Positions 30,601 through 40,769 of a DNA stretch of 43,171 nt are shown here, in pieces; the stretch's first letter is position 1; the number at the start of each line of letters is the position of its first letter. Under the pieces are notes generated by a model that saw only the letters and a list, made by a program, of their open reading frames with translations, did not search any database and was not told where the DNA came from. The DNA comes from a virus (lineage: Duplodnaviria; Heunggongvirae; Uroviricota; Caudoviricetes). The stretch covers positions 1 to 43,171 of the IMG/VR virus record IMGVR_UViG_2939121850_000002; one strand, written 5' to 3'. Position numbers and translations under genes: made by a program.

Positions 30601-31055
30601 TGATTACATTCAAACCAACGCGAAACATCGACCTGATAGAAGCCGTGGGAAATCACCCCGACATTATCGCCGGGAGCAACAACGGTGATGGATACGACTA
30701 CAAGCCTGAATGCCGTTACTTTGAGGTTAACGTGTACGGTCAGTTTGGCGGCATTGTTTACTATCAGGAGATTCAGCCGCTGACATTCGATTGCCACGCC
30801 ATGTACCTGCCAGAGATTCGCGGCTTCAGCAAGGAAATCGGGCTGGCGTTCTGGCGATACATTCTGACTAACACCACCGTTCAGTGCGTCACATCGTTCG
30901 CTGCACGCAAATTCCGCCACGGTCAGATGTACTGCGCAATGATTGGCCTTAAGCGAGTAGGAACCATAAAGAAATACTTCAAAGGCGTGGATGACGTGAC
31001 TTTTTACAGCGCAACACGCGAAGAACTAATCGACTTCCTGAATCACGGGAGATAG
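30600..31055 (+). CDS. Ejection/assembly protein (P22 gp14-type)
   Basis: Synteny and size. Confidence 0.65.
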   Translation: MITFKPTRNIDLIEAVGNHPDIIAGSNNGDGYDYKPECRYFEVNVYGQFGGIVYYQEIQPLTFDCHAMYLPEIRGFSKEIGLAFWRYILTNTTVQCVTSFAARKFRHGQMYCAMIGLKRVGTIKKYFKGVDDVTFYSATREELIDFLNHGR

Positions 31056-31057
31056 CC

Positions 31058-31750
31058 ATGTTATATGCATTTAAGCTGGGCAGAAAACTGCGCGGCGAGG
31101 AACCTTATTGCCCTGAAAAAGGCGGGAAAGGTGGCAGTTCTGATAAAAGCGCAAAGTATGCCGCAGAAGCTCAGAAGTATGCAGCAGACCTGCAAAATCA
31201 GCAGTTCAACACCATCATGAACAACCTGAAGCCGTTTACTCCTCTGGCTGATAAGTATGTCGGCAGCCTCGAGAACTTATCGTCTCTGGAAGGGCAAGGT
31301 CAGGCACTTAACCAGTATTACAACTCTCAGCAGTACAAAGATCTTGCTGGTCAGGCTCGTTATCAGAGTCTGGCGGCAGCGGAAGCAACAGGTGGATTAG
31401 GTTCCACCGCAACCAGTAATCAGTTAGCAACAATCGCACCAACGCTTGGTCAGCAATGGCTATCTGGACAAATGAACAATTACAACAACCTGGCAAATAT
31501 CGGTCTTGGCGCTCTTCAGGGGCAGGCAAACGCCGGGCAGACATACGCCAACAACATGAGTCAGATTTCACAGCAAAGCGCGGCTCTTGCAGCGGCAAAC
31601 GCCAACCGACCGTCAGCATTGCAGCAGGGGGTTAGTGGTGCTGCATCCGGTGCGCTTTTGGGTGGTGGCATAGCCAGTGCTCTCGAGCTATCAACTCCGT
31701 GGGGTGCTGGTATCGGTGCTGGTCTTGGTCTGCTTGGCTCGTTGTTTTAA
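31058..31750 (+). CDS. Ejection protein (P22 gp7-type)
   Basis: 230 aa with a Gly/Ala-rich C-terminus; synteny. Confidence 0.7.
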   Translation: MLYAFKLGRKLRGEEPYCPEKGGKGGSSDKSAKYAAEAQKYAADLQNQQFNTIMNNLKPFTPLADKYVGSLENLSSLEGQGQALNQYYNSQQYKDLAGQARYQSLAAAEATGGLGSTATSNQLATIAPTLGQQWLSGQMNNYNNLANIGLGALQGQANAGQTYANNMSQISQQSAALAAANANRPSALQQGVSGAASGALLGGGIASALELSTPWGAGIGAGLGLLGSLF

Positions 31751-31760
31751 GGGGTAATCA

Positions 31761-33146
31761 ATGGCTACGTGGCAACAGGGTATTAATTCTGGTGGTTTTC
31801 TGGCTGGCATCGGTACGCAAAATGAGAATGCGCCAAAGGCAAGCGACATTAACGCAACGCTTGGTCTGATCCGCGAAAACAATGAACTGGCTCGCTCAGG
31901 TGCAAATAACGTTGGCCTGACCGCGTTACGTGGTCTGGCTGGAGTTGCTGATATTTATAAGCAGGAACAGCAACAGAAAGCGATTAGTGCGTTCAATAAG
32001 GTTCACGCTGATGCATGGGCTTCTGGTGATCCATCGGGACTATTTAAGTTTGCCCAGGAAAATCCAGCGTTTGTTGCACAGGCACAACAGGCGTTTTCCG
32101 GTCTTAATGAGCAGCAACGCAACGATATGGGCGATTTAGCCATGAGAGCTAACGTCGCTCTTTCTCAGGGACCGGAAGCCTACAGTAAATTCATTACTGA
32201 CAACAAGGACAGGTTAAATCGCGTGGGTGCGAATGCTGACTGGATGATTCAGACAGGTATCCAGAATCCAGAGCAGCTATCACACATGCTGACTACTATG
32301 TCTCTCGGTGCACTTGGGCCAGAAAAGGCGTTTGCTGTTCAGGATAAGATGGTTGGTCGCCAGCAGGAGCAGCAAAGAATTAACGAAACCATTCGCAATA
32401 ATGACATGACGAATGCGAGGGCTATTAGGGGGCAAAACCTTTCCTATCAGTCTGCAATGACCGGACACGGACTTGCAGCAGAAAGACTGGCACTTGATAA
32501 GCAGAAATTCGGTTTTGAAGTACAACAGGCACAAAAAAAGGCCGAGGAACTTATTAATGCTGCGCCAAAATTATCAGTGAACATGGAAAAGGCTATAGAA
32601 AAATCAGCAGGTGATGCGGCAGCTAGTCGTAATGCTGCCGATTCAATGACAACGCTCGCTGACACGCTGGAGAGGGAGAAGCCAACTCCTGGTTTGTTCG
32701 GTAACGCTGAAAATATGTTCTCTAAGCTTACGGGGCAAGATAACTACCTCCGAGATATGCGGATTAGATTCAACCAACTAGCCAATGCGCAGGCAACCAA
32801 GCTTCTCCCTCCAGGCCCTGCATCAGATAAGGATATTGAGTTTGCAAGGAAAGGCATTCCAAGCGAAACGGATAATCCAATGGTCATGGCTCGATGGTTA
32901 AGGGGTATGGCAAAAATGGAAAGTAATAACGCGAAGTTCAACGAGTTTAGGTCAGAGTGGATGAGTGCAAACGGCAGCCCAGGACAATCTGATCGCAACC
33001 GAAACATCATGGGGATGGATGTTAAGAAGGGTGAATCATTGAACTCTGCGGCAAAACGTTTTCTTTCCTCAAGTTATGGCGATATCCAACCTCAACAGCA
33101 ATTGTCCGATGACGAATTAATTAGCAAATATCTCGGAGAGCAGTAA
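31761..33146 (+). CDS. Ejection protein (P22 gp20-type)
   Basis: 461 aa; synteny. Confidence 0.7.
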   Translation: MATWQQGINSGGFLAGIGTQNENAPKASDINATLGLIRENNELARSGANNVGLTALRGLAGVADIYKQEQQQKAISAFNKVHADAWASGDPSGLFKFAQENPAFVAQAQQAFSGLNEQQRNDMGDLAMRANVALSQGPEAYSKFITDNKDRLNRVGANADWMIQTGIQNPEQLSHMLTTMSLGALGPEKAFAVQDKMVGRQQEQQRINETIRNNDMTNARAIRGQNLSYQSAMTGHGLAAERLALDKQKFGFEVQQAQKKAEELINAAPKLSVNMEKAIEKSAGDAAASRNAADSMTTLADTLEREKPTPGLFGNAENMFSKLTGQDNYLRDMRIRFNQLANAQATKLLPPGPASDKDIEFARKGIPSETDNPMVMARWLRGMAKMESNNAKFNEFRSEWMSANGSPGQSDRNRNIMGMDVKKGESLNSAAKRFLSSSYGDIQPQQQLSDDELISKYLGEQ

Positions 33147-34963
33147 TGGCCTATAGTCGCGAACAGTTGATGACGGCGTTAAGGAATGCTGATGCTGCCG
33201 GCGATACTGAGGGAGCACGTCGCATTGCTCAGATGCTGTCTTCTGGTGATCAATCCACTCAAAACCAATCGCAGCCAGAAGAACAATCTCTGGTAGGAAA
33301 AGCTACTGACTGGCTCACTGGTGGTCAAAGTGCAGGGCAAATTGCAGAACAGGCAGGTCGTGGTCTGGTAAACATACCATTTGACGTATTGCAGGGTGGC
33401 GCAAGTCTGATTAATGCAATCAGCCAGGGGCTTGGCGGCCCCAAGGTTTTGGATGATGTCTATCGTCCAGTCGATCGACCGACAGACTCTTACGCACAAG
33501 CCGGTGAAACAATTGGTGGGTATTTAGTTCCAGGAGTTGGAACGGCAGGAAGCATGGCTATTGGCTCACTGGCAGAGGCCGCAAATCAGAAAGGCGATTT
33601 CGCACAAAATGCAGCTAAAAATGCCGGAGTTAACCTTGCCGCTCAGGGGGTTCTTTCCGCAGCAGCAAAGGGAATAGGGCGTGGAATTACTGCTGTTCGT
33701 GGCGAAATATCACCAGCAGATCAGCAATTGCTCAAGCGTGCCGCTGCGGCAGATGTACCAGTTATGACATCGGATGTAGTTCCTCCAAAAACAAAACTTG
33801 GCAATCAACTGCAGGGTTACTCAGAAGGAGTCATAGCTGGTACTGGACCAATGAGATCCGCACAGCAGGATGCTAGAACCAAGCTTGTTAATCGCTTCAC
33901 CGAAAAATACGGCGACTACGATCCATCTGTAGTCGTTGATAGTCTAAAGTCAGGCGTTGCAAGGGAAAAATCGTTAGCCAAGTCAAAACTAAACAACCTG
34001 TCAGGAAGAATGGTTGGAAAGCCAGTTGATACAAATGGCGCCATAAGAGCTATCGACGGAGCAGTAAACGAACTTGGGAAACTTAAAGGTGTTTCTGACA
34101 CCCAGACCATTTCTGCGCTTAATGATTATAAGAATGCCATTCAGGAGATAACAAATGGAGATGATGCCTTTGAGTTACTTGATAAGCTGAGAACTCAGTT
34201 CCGCATTGACGTAAAAGGCGATCGTACAGTTCTGCCATCAATGTCGCAAACAATGGTCGACAGGGTCTACAACTCGCTAACCAATAGCCTTAGTAAATCT
34301 ATAGCAAAAGGACTTAGCCCAAAAGATGCTTCAGCATGGAGAGCGGGAAAAGCTGATTATGCAAAAATGGCAACACATGCAACTCAAACGCGCCTTAAAA
34401 ACGTTCTAAACAAAGGAGATTTAACTCCAGAGGCTGTAAATACCATTGTGTATGGACAATATGGGTCAGATATAGCTCGATTGTACGGGAAACTCGATCA
34501 AAAAGGTAAAGACATGCTAAGGGCGGCATATATCAGCAAAATAGCTGACAAGGTAGGTGACAGCCCTCAGAAAATGATGACCGAGCTTGGCAAGCTGCAA
34601 AAACAAGCAAATGGTCAGGTGTTTAAAACTGTATTTGGTGGGAAGAACGGAAAAGAGATAGAGGGGATGTTATCTATTCTCGATGCTACCAAAAGAGCAT
34701 CTGAGGCTAATGTTGTGACGAAGACTGGCATGACACTCGCGCCTTTGGTAAGGGTTATTGGTAACCTAAAAACCGGAGGCGCGCTATTGGCTGGGGAAAC
34801 AGGGATTGGCCTTATGTCGAGGGTTTATGAAAGCCCTATGGCCAGGAATGCGTTCTTACGTCTGGCAAACACCAAAGCAGGAACGCCAGCCTATGAAAGA
34901 GCATTAAGTAACGCTGCAAATGCCATCAGACCGCTGCTTGCCACTGAGGCAACACAGCAGTGA
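33146..34963 (+). CDS. Ejection protein (P22 gp16-type)
   Basis: 605 aa; synteny. Confidence 0.7.
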   Translation: MAYSREQLMTALRNADAAGDTEGARRIAQMLSSGDQSTQNQSQPEEQSLVGKATDWLTGGQSAGQIAEQAGRGLVNIPFDVLQGGASLINAISQGLGGPKVLDDVYRPVDRPTDSYAQAGETIGGYLVPGVGTAGSMAIGSLAEAANQKGDFAQNAAKNAGVNLAAQGVLSAAAKGIGRGITAVRGEISPADQQLLKRAAAADVPVMTSDVVPPKTKLGNQLQGYSEGVIAGTGPMRSAQQDARTKLVNRFTEKYGDYDPSVVVDSLKSGVAREKSLAKSKLNNLSGRMVGKPVDTNGAIRAIDGAVNELGKLKGVSDTQTISALNDYKNAIQEITNGDDAFELLDKLRTQFRIDVKGDRTVLPSMSQTMVDRVYNSLTNSLSKSIAKGLSPKDASAWRAGKADYAKMATHATQTRLKNVLNKGDLTPEAVNTIVYGQYGSDIARLYGKLDQKGKDMLRAAYISKIADKVGDSPQKMMTELGKLQKQANGQVFKTVFGGKNGKEIEGMLSILDATKRASEANVVTKTGMTLAPLVRVIGNLKTGGALLAGETGIGLMSRVYESPMARNAFLRLANTKAGTPAYERALSNAANAIRPLLATEATQQ

Positions 34964-34980
34964 CTAAATGCCATGGATGG

Positions 34981-35169
34981 TTATTTCCTTAGCACATGAA
35001 ACAATGTTTGCTTTAATTCCACCCATACAATTATGACCACTATAGACAGACAAAAGAAACTGAATGCATTGGCATCACGATCGAAACCTTCTCCGGCACT
35101 AAATCCGTAAAAGGTCATAAAAAATATAAAAATTGCGCACTTTGCAACGTTTACAAATTTTTTCTTCAT
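34981..35169 (-). CDS. Small membrane protein (62 aa), convergent with gp16
   Basis: ATG at 35169 preceded by a strong AAGGAGG; hydrophobic segments; AT-rich. Confidence 0.45.
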   Translation of the reverse strand: MKKKFVNVAKCAIFIFFMTFYGFSAGEGFDRDANAFSFFCLSIVVIIVWVELKQTLFHVLRK

Positions 35170-35199
35170 ACCAACCTCCTTAGTTTTGCGCAGGATACC

Positions 35200-35565
35200 A
35201 TGAAAAAAGTTAACATTGGAAACGTACCAAAGATGCTCGTTCCGCTCTTTGAGAGCGGTACAATTGTGTTTTGTAGAGACTTTCCAGAATGGCAACGCCT
35301 GCATCAAAAACTTGGCGTTGACGTGCAGGACTCGGATGCCAACGGAGCGTCTCATACAATGAGCAGCGAGAATGGTGTTTTGCATGTGATAGGCGTGTTC
35401 AATGGCAAACTATCTACTATTGCCCATGAGTGCGCTCACATGGCATTCGATATCTGCTCAAGGGTAGGTGTTGATGTTGAACCAGGAAGAGCCAACGAGA
35501 CTTACTGCTACTTAATGAGCAGGCTTGTTGAGTTCTGCGAGCGACATATCAAAAAGCCGGAGTGA
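35200..35565 (+). CDS. Small HExxH-motif protein (putative minimal zinc metallopeptidase), 121 aa
   Basis: IAHECAHMAF; divergently arranged ~30 bp from the 62-aa membrane protein gene. Confidence 0.45.
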   Translation: MKKVNIGNVPKMLVPLFESGTIVFCRDFPEWQRLHQKLGVDVQDSDANGASHTMSSENGVLHVIGVFNGKLSTIAHECAHMAFDICSRVGVDVEPGRANETYCYLMSRLVEFCERHIKKPE

Positions 35566-35578
35566 CCCGGCTTGATTA

Positions 35579-35803
35579 TTACTTTTTTTGGTATGTTAAG
35601 AATGGCAAGTCGCCAGTGTACCCCAAGCGGAAAAGCTCCAATTGCTTATCTCTTATGGATAAAAAATAATCGTTTCTTGCCTTTTTAAGCCACAACCAGC
35701 CGATCATCAAGATGAATAATATTGATATTATTGGCATCGGGGAGATCAACACCACTCCGATGAATAATGACGCTAGCAGCACCGATAAAATAGCAGAAAT
35801 CAT
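35579..35803 (-). CDS. Small two-TM membrane protein (74 aa)
   Basis: Two hydrophobic helices; AT-rich. Confidence 0.45.
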   Translation of the reverse strand: MISAILSVLLASLFIGVVLISPMPIISILFILMIGWLWLKKARNDYFLSIRDKQLELFRLGYTGDLPFLTYQKK

Positions 35804-35828
35804 ACTAATCTCCCACTAAGGTAACAAT

Positions 35829-36014
35829 ATGACTATAGAAGAACGTCTGAACAACATTGAGTTAAACCAAACCCTGCTTGACCAGCGACTTTCAGAGCTT
35901 GAACTTAAAGATCTAGATGCGCAAATATCAGAAGCAGAAGCCAAGCTCTCCAGCTTAAACCACCGTAAGAAGCAAATCCGCGACAGAATTACTCGTGGAC
36001 GCGGAGGCTGTTAA
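35829..36014 (+). CDS. Small coiled-coil protein (61 aa)
   Basis: Heptad-like Leu/Glu pattern and basic C-terminus; weak RBS. Confidence 0.3.
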   Translation: MTIEERLNNIELNQTLLDQRLSELELKDLDAQISEAEAKLSSLNHRKKQIRDRITRGRGGC

Positions 36015-36091
36015 GGTGTGATGGTAATCCTTGCTCACTAAATTTAAGGATGCGAATCTTTCCGGCCATAGGAGTAATCATGATTTACCCA

Positions 36092-36628
36092 TCAAACAAC
36101 CCACCAGTTTGCCTGATTGGATACCAGCCTTGCAGTTTTTATGGAATTAATTATGCCATGCTCAAGAGCCTTGTTAGCATCCAAAATGGTCGAGTCTGCT
36201 ATCAGGGATGCCCACCTAATATGGGTTCCGATGTCGATATTGAACGTCTCAACGAAGCGATCAAGATCGTTATCGAGGCATTTCCCGTACTCTCTCAATC
36301 TGGCATGGTCGGCGGCTGGGGTGGCAAAGCCCCATAATAGAGGATGTAACAGGAATCTTGATAATGGGTTTGCGAAACGTTCTGAGCCAGCCAGGAAAAC
36401 GATATTAGCTATGGATTCAACATTGCTTATGTTGTGAGTTCTAACGGTAACAGGGAGTGACTTAAGAAAGTTATACGCAGTAAAACCAGCGGCAGTTTCC
36501 CCTCCCTGACTTGATATATGGATATTTAATTCAGTTGCGCCTTGAGATAATGCGGTGAGACAGTGGTTCTGAAGTTGCCCAACAGTGGCAGTGTTAACGG
36601 GGCATAAGAAATGAATTGTGTGCAGCAT
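36092..36628 (-). CDS. ClpP-fold (Clp/crotonase-type) serine peptidase-like protein, translationally coupled to mnt
   Basis: Aligns by eye to the ClpP catalytic core (Ser in ...NVESIANIVFLAGSER..., His in ...FLLHPL...); its start shares one nucleotide with the mnt stop (TAATG). Confidence 0.55.
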   Translation of the reverse strand: MLHTIHFLCPVNTATVGQLQNHCLTALSQGATELNIHISSQGGETAAGFTAYNFLKSLPVTVRTHNISNVESIANIVFLAGSERFANPLSRFLLHPLLWGFATPAADHARLREYGKCLDNDLDRFVETFNIDIGTHIRWASLIADSTILDANKALEHGIINSIKTARLVSNQANWWVV

Positions 36629-36864
36629 TATTTTTCATCCTTACCATACATGGTTTTCAGCGTCTCAAGCAGCGCATCCCTGAATTTGTCAGCCTCTTTC
36701 TGAGCAAATTCATTGCTATTAAGCGATCTACCACAAACAGCATCTTCGATAATCTGTATTATTTCAGCATTCATGGAACGCTTGTTATGTTGCGCCCTGG
36801 CTTTAACCTTTTCCTTTAACTCTTTGGAAATCCTAATATTTATTTGCGGCTCTTCGCGTGACAT
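36628..36864 (-). CDS. mnt: Mnt-like ribbon-helix-helix repressor (immI maintenance repressor)
   Basis: RHH N-terminus (INIRISKELKEKVKARAQHNKRSMNAEIIQIIEDAV) as in P22 Mnt; divergent from arc-ant. Confidence 0.7.
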   Translation of the reverse strand: MSREEPQINIRISKELKEKVKARAQHNKRSMNAEIIQIIEDAVCGRSLNSNEFAQKEADKFRDALLETLKTMYGKDEK

Positions 36865-36916
36865 ACCACCTCCATAGCATTTTGGTGATATTACTATTGC
36901 ATCACTGCGATCACAA

Positions 36917-36935
36917 TGGTATAACGGTTATACCA
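36917..36935. promoter_or_regulatory. Perfect 19-bp palindrome in the mnt/arc intergenic region (candidate Mnt/Arc operator)
   Basis: TGGTATAAC-G-GTTATACCA, between divergent mnt and arc. Confidence 0.45.
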
Positions 36936-36952
36936 AATTGATTGGAGGTAAT

Positions 36953-37126
36953 ATGATAGTCAAGTCAGACGCACCAAAGTACCCTTTGCGCATCCCATTA
37001 GAGGTTAAGTTAGCAATCGAGAAGTCAGCGAAAGAAAATGGTCGCTCAATAAATACCGAGATGGTAATGCGGTTGGTGGATAGTTTAAGGCGGGATAGTT
37101 CTAAAGGTAATCTAGCAAAAAGTTGA
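36953..37126 (+). CDS. arc: Arc-like ribbon-helix-helix repressor
   Basis: 57 aa with PLRIPLEVKLAIEKSAKENGRSINTEMVMRLVDSL, similar to P22 Arc. Confidence 0.7.
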   Translation: MIVKSDAPKYPLRIPLEVKLAIEKSAKENGRSINTEMVMRLVDSLRRDSSKGNLAKS

Positions 37127-37205
37127 AGCCCCAACTGCGGTAACAGTCAGGGCTTCGGTTGTCGGTAAATCCGTGGAGAAAAACCAACATGAATAGTATA
37201 GCAAT
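37112..37205 (-). ncRNA. Candidate sar-like antisense RNA across the arc-ant junction
   Basis: Minus-strand intrinsic terminator (7-bp stem GAAGCCC/GGGCTTC, then TTTTT on the minus strand) in the arc-ant intergenic region, where P22 sar RNA terminates. 5' end and promoter not determined. Confidence 0.3.
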
Positions 37206-38091
37206 TTTAGAAGCAGTGAACACCTCTTACGTGCCTTTCAATGGTCAGCAAATTATCACCGCCATGGCTGCCGGAGTTGCATATGTTGCGATGAAACCAA
37301 TCGTTGAAAACCTCGGAATGAGTTGGGGTACTCAGCAACAAAAACTTATGAAACAACTAGATAAGTTCAACTGTATTCATATGAATATGGTTGCTGCTGA
37401 TGGAAAGCTTCGTAAGCTACTCTGCCTTCCTTTGAAGAAGTTAAATGGATGGCTGTTCAGCATCAACCCTGAGAAAGTTCGTGCTGACATCCGTGATAAA
37501 CTGATTCAGTACCAGGAAGAATGCTTTACTGTGCTGCATGACTACTGGACGAAGGGAAAGGCAGAAAATGCACGTAAGAAAACATCTGTTGATGACAGGA
37601 CTCCGCTTCGTGATGCTGTAAATATGCTAGTCAGCAAAAAGCATCTAATGTACCCAGAAGCTTATGCAATGATTCATCAGCGTTTCAATGTGGAAAGTAT
37701 TGAAGAGCTTGATGCATCTCAGATACCGCAAGCCGTAGAGTACATCCACAGGGTAGTGCTTGAAGGCGAGTTAATCGGCAAACAAGAGAAGAAAACCAAC
37801 GAGCTTTCTGCAAAAGAAGCAAACAGCCTTGTATGGTTATGGGATTATGCCAACCGTTCACAGGCATTATTCCGCGAACTGTATCCGGCATTAAAACAAA
37901 TTCAATCGAACTATTCCGGCAGATGCTACGACTACGGTCATGAGTTCTCGTATGTTATCGGAATGGCGAGAGACGTTTTAATCAATCACACACGAGATAT
38001 TGATATCAATGAGCCAGACGGACCAACGAATCTTTCCGCATGGATGAGACTTAAGAATAAAGAATTACCTCCTTCAGTACATAACTACTGA
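37189..38091 (+). CDS. ant: Antirepressor Ant
   Basis: [52 protein letters not shown]... matches P22 Ant as recalled; GGAGAA RBS. Confidence 0.8.
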   Translation: MNSIAILEAVNTSYVPFNGQQIITAMAAGVAYVAMKPIVENLGMSWGTQQQKLMKQLDKFNCIHMNMVAADGKLRKLLCLPLKKLNGWLFSINPEKVRADIRDKLIQYQEECFTVLHDYWTKGKAENARKKTSVDDRTPLRDAVNMLVSKKHLMYPEAYAMIHQRFNVESIEELDASQIPQAVEYIHRVVLEGELIGKQEKKTNELSAKEANSLVWLWDYANRSQALFRELYPALKQIQSNYSGRCYDYGHEFSYVIGMARDVLINHTRDIDINEPDGPTNLSAWMRLKNKELPPSVHNY

Positions 38092-38110
38092 CAGATAACC
38101 AACGCAAAGA

Positions 38111-38132
38111 CCCAGCTTCGGCTGGGTTTTTT
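38111..38132 (+). terminator. Rho-independent terminator between ant and the tailspike gene
   Basis: CCCAGC-ttcg-GCTGGG followed by TTTTTT. Confidence 0.65.
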
Positions 38133-38190
38133 ATGCCCAAAACTCACCGTAGCTATGCTGCGGCGATTCCTTGCATCTGGAGCAAATTAA

Positions 38191-40641
38191 ATGACAGATT
38201 CAATAAATGCCAATGTTGTAGTGAGTATGCCTTCGCAACTCTTCACTATGGCTCGTTCTTTTAAAGCCGTAGCCAATGGCAAAATTTATATCGGTAAAAT
38301 TGACACTGACCCGGTAAATACTGAAAACCAGATTCCGGTTTATGTAGAGAACGAAGACGGCTCTCACGTTCCTGTTTCTCAACCAATCATCATTAACGCT
38401 GCTGGTTATCCTGTATATAACGGACAGATTGCTAAGTTCGTTACTGTACAAGGGCATTCTATGGCTGTGTACGATTCATATGGATCACAGCAGTTCTATT
38501 TCCCTAATGTGCTGAAGTACGATCCAGATCAGTTTTCATATTTGCTGAAAAGTGATGATGGCTATAAGTATATAGGAGAATGCAAAGATATATCTACATT
38601 GAGAACAATTGAACCAAGTTATGATGGACAGGTTATAAGACTGAGGGGATATTACTCTGACAGCTATTCAGGAGGTGGAAGGTTTTTCCGTAGTGTTAAT
38701 CCTGATGGATTGACAGATAACGGAGGAACGATAATTTTCACATCAGAAGGAAATGTATGGAAATCAGATGATATATATAATGTTATGCTTGAGGATTTCG
38801 GAGCTAAAGATGGCGCTGACAACACCGAAGCATTTCATAAAGCAATTAACTCACCAGCAAAAAAAATCACAACAAATATAAAAGAGTTGATACTAACAAA
38901 CAATATTGTAATTACACGCGGCGACCTGGCAATTGATATGCCTGATACGGAGATAATATGGAATGCTCCGGAAGGGCATATTCCTGATAGAAGTGGATCT
39001 ACAAATCCAAGTAACTATCGTTTTCCTGGCATTCTAGCATTTCGCGGCACTGCTGGAGATATAATAGACTCTTTTACTCTAACAAATAGAATATCAAAAG
39101 GAGATACAACATATTGGTGTACGAACAACTCTCTTTTTGAGAATAGACAGTGGGTTATTATGTCATCGGATGTTGGCGGCGGAACCGTAGGTAGAGAAAT
39201 AAATGTAATGACACAAGTGCAGGGCAGTGGTGGAGCAATAACTCAATTGCGAGTTGATTATAAAACAGGCTGGCATCTTGATGTCGGAAGGGTATTGACA
39301 TATAGAAATGTAACCCCAATAGAAAATGTAAGAATTGCTTTTAAAGGCGTAAAATGGAATCAAAACATAACAGATGCTTCAGGTAGTGGCGATGGATTTG
39401 CCAGTCAACAATCATGCGCACTTGTGTCCCTTGAATACGTAAATAACGCTGACATTTGTCTCGGGTATGGATTTAATCACCCTTACCCAATGGTTGTAAC
39501 TGCCATGGTCAGGAATGTTTTTGTTCATGATACGGAAACAAATTTCCCAAGAGTTCCAGGGTCCGATCATGTTGTTCAATTCAATAACGCATATGAATGC
39601 CACGCAAGAAGATTACGCAATATTTCAGGCAGGCACGTAGTTGATTTTAGTGGTGCAAGTTATTGCTCTGTAAGAGATTGCGGAGAAACAGGAACAAGAA
39701 ATGGTGCATTTACTACGCACGGTATGTTTGAGCACAATTTGCGATTTGATAATAATTATGGTCTTTTAAGCATTGCAAACAGTGGTGAATATTATGGTGA
39801 GTCAGCAGATAATATAACTGTAACCCATCATTTCGGAGATTATTTAATTGCAACTTCAAAAGTTACCAACCTTAACATATTGCATGCAATATTTACAAAA
39901 GGTGCAAGATTAAACAATGATGCCGTCACATTGATTGATGTTACTATTGGAGAAAACTCAACTGATGCCGATAGAGGGCTTAGATTTACCCAAAGCTCTA
40001 ATGTTTATGGGCGTGGGGCAAAAATATTCGGCTGTGACATTGTGTTAAACAAGCAAGCAGGGAATGCTCTGCCTGATTCTCTTAACCAAAGGGTGAAAAT
40101 CGAATCGACATATATCAGGAATTCAAACGCTTCATATTATGGTGGTAGTTGGATTGAACTAATTAATTGTGATGTTTCAGGATCAGGTTCAAGTCTTGAG
40201 AATGTTGTTGCTGCAACGCGGTTTAGCATGCTGTCCGGATCATTATCTAATACTGGTTTTATTTTTCAAGGCCCATCAGAGCAAATCGTAAAAATACATG
40301 ACGTTTCACAGTCTGGAACAGGAGCGTCAGGGCTTAATAGTCATTTTATTTTAAATAAAGATGAGGCAGGAAGTGGACCAATAACAATGTCATATAAAAA
40401 TAATCAATGTATATTGAGCGGAGAAACATGCGCATTCAAAATAAATAATGCTTCAGGAGCATTCAGAGTAAACTCTACAGGGAATACGTTTCAAGGTGGA
40501 AAAATAGAGTTTCAGAAATCTATTACATCAGGTGGCAGTTACTTAAATCACACTGGAAACGTAGAGCGTGGCGTTAGTAGAGTCAACGAGCCAGAAAATA
40601 CTCCATATATAGTAACAACAGGGAATATGATAATTCCCTGA
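38191..40641 (+). CDS. Tailspike (P22 gp9-type head-binding domain with a divergent AT-rich receptor-binding domain)
   Basis: First ~115 aa ([43 protein letters not shown]...[12 protein letters not shown]...[10 protein letters not shown]) match the P22 gp9 head-binding domain; the remaining ~700 aa are AT-rich and unrecognised. Confidence 0.85.
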   Translation: MTDSINANVVVSMPSQLFTMARSFKAVANGKIYIGKIDTDPVNTENQIPVYVENEDGSHVPVSQPIIINAAGYPVYNGQIAKFVTVQGHSMAVYDSYGSQQFYFPNVLKYDPDQFSYLLKSDDGYKYIGECKDISTLRTIEPSYDGQVIRLRGYYSDSYSGGGRFFRSVNPDGLTDNGGTIIFTSEGNVWKSDDIYNVMLEDFGAKDGADNTEAFHKAINSPAKKITTNIKELILTNNIVITRGDLAIDMPDTEIIWNAPEGHIPDRSGSTNPSNYRFPGILAFRGTAGDIIDSFTLTNRISKGDTTYWCTNNSLFENRQWVIMSSDVGGGTVGREINVMTQVQGSGGAITQLRVDYKTGWHLDVGRVLTYRNVTPIENVRIAFKGVKWNQNITDASGSGDGFASQQSCALVSLEYVNNADICLGYGFNHPYPMVVTAMVRNVFVHDTETNFPRVPGSDHVVQFNNAYECHARRLRNISGRHVVDFSGASYCSVRDCGETGTRNGAFTTHGMFEHNLRFDNNYGLLSIANSGEYYGESADNITVTHHFGDYLIATSKVTNLNILHAIFTKGARLNNDAVTLIDVTIGENSTDADRGLRFTQSSNVYGRGAKIFGCDIVLNKQAGNALPDSLNQRVKIESTYIRNSNASYYGGSWIELINCDVSGSGSSLENVVAATRFSMLSGSLSNTGFIFQGPSEQIVKIHDVSQSGTGASGLNSHFILNKDEAGSGPITMSYKNNQCILSGETCAFKINNASGAFRVNSTGNTFQGGKIEFQKSITSGGSYLNHTGNVERGVSRVNEPENTPYIVTTGNMIIP

Positions 40642-40769
40642 TATAATATAAATCGCCAAGGATGGCTCATTCAAATAAGAATCTTTAGTAATCAGATTGT
40701 TAATTAAAGATGGTTTGTTGGTTTTTATGTTTATTAAAAAAGGTTATATCAACGCGCTGTTATTGTTCT

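Noticed and set aside
36092-36864. RHH protein plus downstream ORF read as a classical type II toxin-antitoxin pair
   Set aside because: The RHH protein has the full P22 Mnt context (divergent arc-ant, palindromic operator), so it is better explained as Mnt with a coupled accessory gene. A TA-like role is not excluded and is kept as a hypothesis in the findings.
40642-40769. Serotype-conversion genes (gtrABC or oac) expected between tailspike and integrase
   Set aside because: Only 128 bp of AT-rich spacer; no ORF present.
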